Of a stretch of DNA of 64,000 nucleotides, positions 56,368-64,000 are shown piece by piece. The notes under the pieces are model-generated. The model ran no database searches. It saw nothing but the letters and a program-made list of their open reading frames with translations, and was not told where the DNA came from. Location of the stretch: NCBI GenBank assembly GCA_965204435.1, contig OZ241997.1, positions 2,926,160 to 2,990,159 on the forward strand, in the 5' to 3' direction. The translations under genes and the position numbers were made by a program. The first letter of the stretch is position 1. Each line of letters begins with the position of its first letter. This stretch comes from Bryobacterales bacterium. Its GTDB lineage: Bacteria; Acidobacteriota; Terriglobia; Bryobacterales; UBA6623.

Positions 56368-57583
56368 GTGTACCTTCCGCGGACTATTGAGCCGATCGTT
56401 GCCTCGTCCCGATTTCCAGTGCTCATGCTGACCGGGGCGAGACAGGTCGGCAAGACGACCTGCCTCCGGCGCTTGAGCGCCCCGGACCGAACCTATGTTT
56501 CTCTAGATGACCCGCTGGTCCGGAGCCTCGCCAGAGAAGACCCTGCATTGTTCATGCAGCGGTTTCAGCCTCCTGTGCTCATCGACGAAATCCAGTACGC
56601 GCTCGAGCTGCTCCCCTTCATCAAGATGGCCGTCGACAGAATCCGTACTCCAGGGCAGTTCTGGCTCACGGGTTCGCAGCAGTTCCATCTCATGCAGGGG
56701 GATGTCCGAAACCTTGGCGGGCAGGATCGGCATCGTGCAGCTCTATGGACTCTCTAGGCGCGAACGCATGGGCGTGGACGCCTCGTCCCCATTCCTGCCG
56801 GTTCCCGCCGCCGTTCGCGCGAGGCTCGAGACAGCAGGCTCGCTGGGCCTCAAGGAGCTCTATCGACTAATCTGGCGCGGTGACTTTCCCGCGATCGCCC
56901 TAGACGACCAGATGGACTGGGAATTGTTCTATGGCTCCTACCTGCAGACCTGCCTCCAACGAGACGTCCGGGACCTGGCTCGCGTCGGCGACGAGACATC
57001 CTTTCTCCGGTTCGTCAGGTCGGCCGCGTCCCGCACTGGGCAGCAGTTGAATCTGTCGGACCTGGCTCGAGATGCTGATATCTCTCCGAATACCGCAAAG
57101 AGCTGGCTCTCCATCCTGCAGACTTCCGGCATAGCCTACCTGCTTGAACCATTCCACACGAATCTCACCAAGCGGCTCGTAAAGCGCCCGAAGCTGTATT
57201 TCGCGGATACGGGCCTGTGCTCATACCTCTGCGGATGGTCCAGCTCCGAGACGCTGGAGGCAGGAGCCATGTCAGGTCCGATTCTGGAATCCTGGATTCT
57301 CAACGAGTTGCTGAAGAGCTGCCGTCACAACGGCCGTTCGGCACCGTACTACTACTATCGGGATCGGGACGGGAAAGAAATTGATCTGCTGATCGTGAGA
57401 GACGGCACAATCTATCCGCTTGAATTCAAGAAGACCGCGTCTCCCAACAAGATTCATGCCCGGAATCTCGCAACTCTGAGAAAATCCGATCGCCGCGTGG
57501 GACAAGGGGGCGTAATCTGCCTCTCGAACGAATCGCTGCCTCTCACGGAATCCGACATTGCGATTCCGGTTTCGGCACTTTGA
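56368..57583 (+). pseudogene. AAA_14 / DUF4143 ATP-binding protein, frameshifted near 56700
   Basis: GARQVGKT, IDEIQ and LTGS in one frame; ETLAGR..KRPKLYFADTG..EIDL..EFK in another. The shift lies at a G homopolymer. Confidence 0.85.
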
Positions 57584-57825
57584 CTGTCGGCTGCTGGGCC
57601 AGCGTCTCCAAGACTCCCGACTGGGAAGATTTGGGGGGAGTCCGGGGCGACAGCCCCGGCAACCTCGCATGTGCCTTCGGAATGCTGGCCTAGCGGTGGC
57701 GGATCGGCCTATTCTGCCACGGTTCTGATCGACTAAACCCCGGCTAGGCAAGGGCTTCGCTGCCGAGTCCTGCCTCCGAAGCCCGCTGCTATACTGCGCA
57801 AGGCGAACCTACCGCCCATACCAGC

Positions 57826-58698
57826 ATGGCCAGAATCGCAGCACGCCCTTTGACAGCGCCCCCAGACGCCGACATGTACCCGTACTCGGACGGCAAGATC
57901 ATGGCCGAGACGCACTTGCACGTCGACGCCATCCTGTATGCGCTGGCGACTCTGCGGAACTGGTTTGCCAGCCACGTTCGCGTACAGGTGGGGGCGAACA
58001 TGTTCGTCTACTACCAAGAGGGCGACGCGAGCAAGCGCCTGACGCCGGATCTGTTCGTGGTGCGGGGGCTGGAGGCGTTGCCGGAGCCCTCCTACAAGAT
58101 ATGGGAGGCGGGCCGGCCGCCGACCTTCGTGCTGGAGGTAGCCTCGCCGTCGACGGAGAACCGGGACCGGGACGAGAAGCAGGCCCTGTATGCGTCGATG
58201 GGCGTGGAGGAGTACTGGCGCTTCGCTCCGACGGGGTTCTTGAACGATCCCGAGGGGCCGCGCGTGCGCCTAGCGGGAGGAGTGCTGCGGGGGCTGGGGT
58301 ACGAGCCTCTGGAGAGCGCCGCGGATGGGTCCATTCGCAGCGAGGTGTTGGGGCTGGAGATCCGTGCAGACGAGCCGCCGGAGACCCGTCATCTGCTGCG
58401 TTTCCGGGATCCGGAGACCGGGCAAGACCTGCTGACGTTTAGCGAGTTGCAGGAGGCTCAGATCGAGACAAAGAACAGGTTGCGGGAGGAAGCGGCAAGC
58501 CGACGCGAGGCAGAGCGGGCACAGCGCGAGGCGGAGGACAAGTGGCGGACGGAAGCGGCGGGCCGCCTCGAGGCCGAGCGGGCGCAGCGTGATGCGACCG
58601 CGGCGAGGCGAGATGCCGAAGTCGAAATCACCCGTCTTAGAGCGCAGGTTGCCAGACTCGAAAGGGGTCAAGGCGACGGATCTGGTAGCGTGTCCTGA
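57826..58698 (+). CDS. Uma2-family endonuclease with a coiled-coil tail, copy 2
   Basis: YPYSDGKIMAE, TPDLFV, FVLEVASP and GVEEYWRF. Confidence 0.9.
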   Translation: MARIAARPLTAPPDADMYPYSDGKIMAETHLHVDAILYALATLRNWFASHVRVQVGANMFVYYQEGDASKRLTPDLFVVRGLEALPEPSYKIWEAGRPPTFVLEVASPSTENRDRDEKQALYASMGVEEYWRFAPTGFLNDPEGPRVRLAGGVLRGLGYEPLESAADGSIRSEVLGLEIRADEPPETRHLLRFRDPETGQDLLTFSELQEAQIETKNRLREEAASRREAERAQREAEDKWRTEAAGRLEAERAQRDATAARRDAEVEITRLRAQVARLERGQGDGSGSVS

Positions 58699-59073
58699 TC
58701 CAACTGTTCCGTTGACTGCATGCACTTTCTGACAACGCAGTCTCACTCCGTCGCAGTTCCACACGCCATCGACAGCACCAACTGGCCGCCTCCCAGGCCC
58801 GGTGCATCAGCGCGGCAGGAATCAGCTTCGCACGGGCGGTAACGCTCCATGCTCCGGCCAAGCCAAGCCCCGCCGTAGCAGGAAGCCGCACTCCGAGGAC
58901 ATGCGACTGCCGTCAGAGCGGGGGCGGCCTCGTCGGCGGCCTAGATCGGCCAGACCGGCGGCGCTACAGACTGCGGAAGTGCGGCGCGTTCTTGGATTTT
59001 CCCTCCTTTTGATTACAATCTACTTACAATGATGTTGTTCTGATTACAACGGTGCTGTAAGCCCTCACTTCCC

Positions 59074-61986
59074 ATGCCCACCCCTTCGGTGATGTCTCCG
59101 GGCCAGTGCCCGCCAGGGAATGCTCGTCGCGCCATGTCCAAGCGCAAGCGCAGAAGTCAAGCGGGTTCCGCCAATCTCAAGCCAGGGCTCCGGGCGGCGG
59201 CTCTGGCCTGTCTATGCCTAGTTCTGGCCGAGCCGCTCCACACTGCTACGGAGAACACGGACGACTTGATTGAGAAATACGAGAACCTCCTGCTACTGCA
59301 GTCCGACGATTACGACGACCTGCCGGCCGCGAAGGCTGCTTTCGAGGGGCATATGCTGGGCCGGTTCAGGCGCGCGGTTAACCGGGTCGAAGCGTTCGAG
59401 TTTCAACGCAGGGACCAGCTGGCCTATTTCGCCAGAAGCGCTGACACCGAGCCGGCGCAGCCGGCCGAAGAGCAGACGAGCGGTGAATCCAACGCCGCAT
59501 TCCATCGTCTGTTTAACGACACCGCGCTGTCGCTAGCGTACGCGTACCGCACGCCGGGAACGGCCGACCGCGCGAACCCGCACTTCCAGAACGCCGAGGT
59601 GCTGCAGCTGTACCTCTCGGTGCTCGAATATGCGTACAGCCGCGGCCTGACGGAGGATGCGTGGTTGCCCGACCACGCGGGAACCGCAAGCGCGAGGGCC
59701 TTGGAGCAGGGATTGGTCCGCGAGTCCGGCGACTTTTCCCAAGTGTCGCTGCGCCTGGCCGGTTTCATCCAGAGCGTCTTCCTGATGCGGCAAGAGCTTG
59801 CCGCAGCCGACCTGCTCGACAAATACAGGGCGGTCGTCCGCAATCTGGTCGTGAATTGCGGCACGATGCACGGCGCGTTCTTCCAAGTTGCGCGGGAAGA
59901 AGCCGGCGTCAGTTACCCCGAGCCGCTGCCGGTCGAGTACCAGTACAATCTCCATGCCGACGGAATCCGCCTGTTCGTCGACTACTTCTGGCCGTACTAC
60001 CTGCTCGTGGACGATGCTGGCGAGCGCAGCATGATGGCCGCGATCCTGTACCACGTCGTCGACACGAACCTTGCCCTCAAGCCGGGGACCTACGGCACCA
60101 TCAAGCCGGACGGGGTGGGATTTCACCACCACTCGGTCTATGCCAGCGCCTACGCGCCCCACGCCCTGGAAGTGGCCGCCCAGCTGCTCTACCTGCTGAA
60201 GGGCACGACGTTCTACCGCGCGGACAACGTTGAAGCGATCAAGCTGGCGCTCGAGACCTATCGAGTGATGGTGCAGAAATACTCGGCCTCCTTCGCGCTG
60301 CAAGGGCGGTTCGTCGGGGGAAACCTCGAAGGCAGGTCCCGCGCGATTGCCAAGGCCATGGCCTACCTCGCCCATCCGGACGGAGTGGACGACATGGACG
60401 TCAAGGCCTTGTTCCTTGAATTCTTCGACCCGGAGTACTTCTTCTCCGAGGAGCGCAGACAGCCGTTTTCCGATGGATCTCGCGGCCTTGCCATTCAGGG
60501 CATGGGCATTTACCGCCTGATCTCGGACCTGCAAGGTTCCGGCGTCCAGCCGGGCGAGACTCCGACCGGCGTCTGGATCAAGCCCTACGCCGCGGCTGGC
60601 TTTCTCCGTCGCGGCGACTGGCTGGTCACCGCGAAGGGCTTCAGCCAGTACTTCTGGAACTACGAGAACCAGTTCGACAATCACGAGAACAGCTTCGGCC
60701 AGAACTGGGCGTACGGGTCCCTGATGGTCTTCAGCGCGGGCGATCCGGTCAGCGAGGTAGCCTCTGGCCACGCTCTGTTCAGCGGCTGGGACTGGTACCA
60801 CGTCCCGGGAACGACAGCGAGTCACTATGCCATCGAGGAGCACTCCGACCAGGCCTTGAAGGCGTCGCGCAGGGAACAGGGCATCGAGCAGCGAGACACC
60901 CATCGCAACTACAACACGCGGACCTACGTCGGCGGCGTGAGCCTGGGCGATCACGGCTTCTTCGTGCAGGACCTGGAAGCCGTGCCGTTCACGGCGCCGA
61001 CAGACCTGCGGGGCTGGAAGAGCTATTTCTTCGTGGGCGACCAGATCCTGGCCCTCGGCAGCCACATCCGCGGCGGCACGGCGGAGGATGCAACCCACAC
61101 CACGATCTTCCAGACGCACCTGGAGGACTCCACCACGGCGACGCAGGTCAATGGGGAGCAATCGACCGGTCTCCAGACCATGCAGGAGCATCCGGCGGGG
61201 ACTGCCGTCAAGCTGACCGACAGCGTCGGAAACAGCTTCTACCTGGCAGCCAGCACCGCGGACCTAGTGGTGACCCGCCAACTCCAGCAGAGCATGTCGT
61301 TGGACTACGAATCGACCGAGGGGGCTTTCGCCGCAGCCTATCTGGATCACGGGATCAAGCCAGCGGGCGACAGCTACGAGTACGTGGTCATCCCGGCCGA
61401 CGCGGGAGCCGCGAAACTAGATCAGGTGGCCGCCGATCCATCGGCCTACTACCAAGTGCTCGATTCCACACGGATGCACTTGGTTCGCTTCCCACAACAG
61501 GACATCACAGCCTACGCATTCTACGAGGCAGTCGAGACGCCTGAAGAGGAACTGGTGCGGACCGTCAATCAACCCGCAGCAGTGATCGTCCAGGAGCAGG
61601 AAGCGGAGGGAGCGCCGGCGGAGGGAGAAGCGGCAGCACCGAATCCAGTGCGGCTGGTTGCCAGCGTCCCGGACATTGGGTGGCAGTTCGAACCGAGAAT
61701 CTACCGAGACGGTCTCAACTACGCGTCCCGGCATTTTGCCTTCCAGCGCGCGAAGGAACAGACCCTGAGGCTGGTGCTGCGCGGGAACTGGTGCCCGGAC
61801 GAGTCCACAGCGCCTTTCGGATCCGAATGGATTTCGCTGTCCGAAGAGACGCTGCTTCAGCTGCAGTCCAGCGACGGGTTCGCCAGCGAGATCCTGCTGC
61901 GACCGTGCCCGACCGCCGCAACAGAGCCCGCGATGGAAACGGAGGAATTGCCGGAGCACTGGACCGACGATCGAATTGTGCGATAG
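59074..61986 (+). CDS. Polysaccharide lyase family 8 (chondroitin/hyaluronate lyase-like)
   Basis: GTIKPDGVGFHHHSVYASAY, GWDWYHVPGTT, KSYFFVGDQILALGS and YEYVVIP. Signal-like N-region; start uncertain. Confidence 0.85.
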   Translation: MPTPSVMSPGQCPPGNARRAMSKRKRRSQAGSANLKPGLRAAALACLCLVLAEPLHTATENTDDLIEKYENLLLLQSDDYDDLPAAKAAFEGHMLGRFRRAVNRVEAFEFQRRDQLAYFARSADTEPAQPAEEQTSGESNAAFHRLFNDTALSLAYAYRTPGTADRANPHFQNAEVLQLYLSVLEYAYSRGLTEDAWLPDHAGTASARALEQGLVRESGDFSQVSLRLAGFIQSVFLMRQELAAADLLDKYRAVVRNLVVNCGTMHGAFFQVAREEAGVSYPEPLPVEYQYNLHADGIRLFVDYFWPYYLLVDDAGERSMMAAILYHVVDTNLALKPGTYGTIKPDGVGFHHHSVYASAYAPHALEVAAQLLYLLKGTTFYRADNVEAIKLALETYRVMVQKYSASFALQGRFVGGNLEGRSRAIAKAMAYLAHPDGVDDMDVKALFLEFFDPEYFFSEERRQPFSDGSRGLAIQGMGIYRLISDLQGSGVQPGETPTGVWIKPYAAAGFLRRGDWLVTAKGFSQYFWNYENQFDNHENSFGQNWAYGSLMVFSAGDPVSEVASGHALFSGWDWYHVPGTTASHYAIEEHSDQALKASRREQGIEQRDTHRNYNTRTYVGGVSLGDHGFFVQDLEAVPFTAPTDLRGWKSYFFVGDQILALGSHIRGGTAEDATHTTIFQTHLEDSTTATQVNGEQSTGLQTMQEHPAGTAVKLTDSVGNSFYLAASTADLVVTRQLQQSMSLDYESTEGAFAAAYLDHGIKPAGDSYEYVVIPADAGAAKLDQVAADPSAYYQVLDSTRMHLVRFPQQDITAYAFYEAVETPEEELVRTVNQPAAVIVQEQEAEGAPAEGEAAAPNPVRLVASVPDIGWQFEPRIYRDGLNYASRHFAFQRAKEQTLRLVLRGNWCPDESTAPFGSEWISLSEETLLQLQSSDGFASEILLRPCPTAATEPAMETEELPEHWTDDRIVR

Positions 61987-62395
61987 GACAGATGCGCCTT
62001 CGACCGTGAGGTGTTGTTGAGCGCGGGCATCCGGTGCACTTCGAAGCCCAACTCGGTCGCGTGCATCTCGAATCGGCAAACGCCCGTCGACCTCATTGTG
62101 AAGCTGGATGGCCGGCCCCTGAGTGGTCTATGGTGGGTCGGCTCAAGCGGAATTCACGTCGCGAGGCGCGTACCATCCGCAATCGACCGGCCGAGCAAGC
62201 CAGGGCAACGCTTGGTCGACGGCTGGGCGATTGCCTAGGTGAAGCAACGCAGCCGGACGCAGCGGCGCAGCCTCCAGAAGTGAAGCGGGAGGCCAGAGCG
62301 GACACGGAATAGCGAGCCCTCCTACACCACTTCCGGGGACACGACCGAATCTTGTGGCAGGCCGCGCGCCCTGACGACTCCAGCGTCAAGCGGGA

Positions 62396-63181
62396 CTAGG
62401 CGCCGTGAAACGGGCTCGCGGTCGTCCCAATAATTCCCAGACGCTTCGCCACGACACCTGGAAGCCTCGGACCTGCGTTCGAACCAGCTAGATTTGAAGA
62501 CCATGACTTCAAATACGCCCGGAAGTCCTCGTCTTGACTGGCATTCCACGAGTTCAGAGAGGTGCAGTCACGCCAGAGCGAAGCGTTCTTGCGAAACTCT
62601 CCCAGCAAAGCGACGGCCACGACGCCATTGAGACTCCGGTTGTATCGATCGGACTCCAATTCCTCGCGATGATCCAGAAACCACTCGGCAAGTGACGTCC
62701 CTTGGTTCACGGCATGCCGCCTCTCGACGCCCTCCGCATAAGTTCCGTGGTTCGGTGCAAATTCCGCCGCCTTTAGCACGGAAGGCGGCGGGGTCTGGGC
62801 CCAAGCACTGACCAAGCGACGCAATACGAACAGAGAAGCTGCCTCGCAAAGGGCTTCTTCGAACCACTTGTGCTTGTGATCGGTAAATCGGTCGAATCGA
62901 GTCAGCACATGGCAGAGCTCGTGGGAGAACTGGTATACGTACTGCGACCAGTACGTGTCGCTAGCGGTGAGGTAGATCCTGTAAGGGCGCCTGTCTTGCA
63001 CGACCAAGGGGTGGTCCCTACTCCACCGACAGACCTCAATCCGGTCGTCGGGCAGTTGGCCGGTCACCGCTGATAGCTCCTTGAAGGCCGACCCGAGCAC
63101 GCCGAGAATCGCGCTGAGGCTGGTTGCCCCCCAATCGCCGTCTAGAACAGTCAAGCCAAGTTCTGGATTCTGTTTGTCCAT
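62396..63181 (-). CDS. Hypothetical HExxH zinc metallopeptidase-like protein
   Basis: QFSHELCHVL..WFEEALCE is a gluzincin-like pattern. Confidence 0.6.
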   Translation of the reverse strand: MDKQNPELGLTVLDGDWGATSLSAILGVLGSAFKELSAVTGQLPDDRIEVCRWSRDHPLVVQDRRPYRIYLTASDTYWSQYVYQFSHELCHVLTRFDRFTDHKHKWFEEALCEAASLFVLRRLVSAWAQTPPPSVLKAAEFAPNHGTYAEGVERRHAVNQGTSLAEWFLDHREELESDRYNRSLNGVVAVALLGEFRKNASLWRDCTSLNSWNASQDEDFRAYLKSWSSNLAGSNAGPRLPGVVAKRLGIIGTTASPFHGA

Positions 63182-63190
63182 ACGTCGCCG

Positions 63191-64000
63191 CTAGAGCCTG
63201 TCCGATACTTCAATCTCGCCCTTTCCGCCCTTTCTGGGGTCGCGTAGGACGCTGTGGAAGTCCATCAGGTCCATGCAAGAGAAGCCCTCGCCCTCCAATT
63301 CCCTTCTCGATGTTCGGGAAATCCGAGGCGAATACAGAACGTACTCGTGATCCCATTCCCGGAACGCCCGCCCCTCTCGCGTCGACAGGAAGCGCTCGGC
63401 GTGTTCGCGAAGCGCTCTCCTGGATGCGGGCGTGTGCTTTGCAACATTCCGCTTGCACGAACCGAATCGAACCGCGCGAAGTGTCCGGCTCCTAGCAACG
63501 AGGTCAATCTCGATTGGTTCCGCTCGTGTTCCAGAGCGGTTCCAGTAGCCGCGAACAAGTCCGCCGAGAGGAAAGTCGCCCGTACCGGCACGCGAAGCCT
63601 CTTCAGTGGCTTGGCGTACCATTCGTTCGAACGCATGTCCTTCCAACGTTCGGAGCCGCGGAAGCACCGCGGCCTCGACTTCACGGGCCGAGGCGAATCG
63701 CGCATAGCGACGTGCGGGCCCGATGGCGTCAAGCCACGCGAGCAGAAACTGATCGGCAACGCTATAGCGAGCGATCCTAGAATTGTCGTTTGCAAATACA
63801 GGAAGCTCCCGCTCAACCAGCCCTAGATCGCGCACCAAGGAGGTAAGGTACGGGCTGAACGACTTCAGGTCCGGCAGTGCAGTGCGCAACCGAGCGTGTG
63901 TGCAAGGGCCGTGACTTGCGATTTCCCGCAGGACCGCGCGGTAATTGCGATTTAGTTCTCGGCCTAAGAGCGCATCCCCCTCTTCGAACAGCGGAGCCGT
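63191..64000 (-). CDS. ATPase with a C-terminal PD-(D/E)xK (DUF234-like) domain; 5' part outside the window
   Basis: The frame is open to the window edge. PLFEEG, YSVADQFL, GHAFE, GYW..EIDLVA and GSCK. Confidence 0.75.
   Translation of the reverse strand, partial: TAPLFEEGDALLGRELNRNYRAVLREIASHGPCTHARLRTALPDLKSFSPYLTSLVRDLGLVERELPVFANDNSRIARYSVADQFLLAWLDAIGPARRYARFASAREVEAAVLPRLRTLEGHAFERMVRQATEEASRAGTGDFPLGGLVRGYWNRSGTRAEPIEIDLVARSRTLRAVRFGSCKRNVAKHTPASRRALREHAERFLSTREGRAFREWDHEYVLYSPRISRTSRRELEGEGFSCMDLMDFHSVLRDPRKGGKGEIEVSDRL

Noticed and set aside
56696-56705. Programmed frameshift in the AAA/DUF4143 gene
   Set aside because: The shift is at a short G run with no recognisable slippery motif; mutation or sequencing error is more likely.

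Overview
GC-rich accessory region full of mobile elements and pseudogenes. The host is probably Acidobacteriota (Bryobacterales/Solibacter-like) and possibly host-associated; this is inferred from an Oar-like TonB receptor, an S8 peptidase with a Solibacter-type C-terminus, a sulfatase and a PL8 lyase. In order, the window holds: a type I-C cas7-cas8c-cas5 operon whose cas3 is reduced to a doubly deleted remnant; three paralogous soluble single-chain GAF-PAS-HisKA-HATPase-REC-wHTH regulators plus a fourth relic; an IS21 element (6-bp TSD) with a complete group II intron inserted inside its left terminal repeat array; a 5'-truncated sulfatase; two IS630 copies bracketing a small ORF and a ClpP-fold (SDH/S49) protease; a TonB-dependent receptor; DarTG; a second IS21 (5-bp TSD); an S8 protease; two Uma2 nucleases; a compact 12-gene virB2-3-4-9-10-5-6-8 / putative MOBC-like relaxase / coupling-protein operon lacking virB11 and virB1; a zeta-like P-loop protein; decayed integrase, higBA and AAA/DUF4143 genes; a PL8 lyase; and an ATPase-nuclease + HExxH gene pair. 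No CRISPR array, tRNA or rRNA was seen. All family calls are from motif recognition only; no searches were run.
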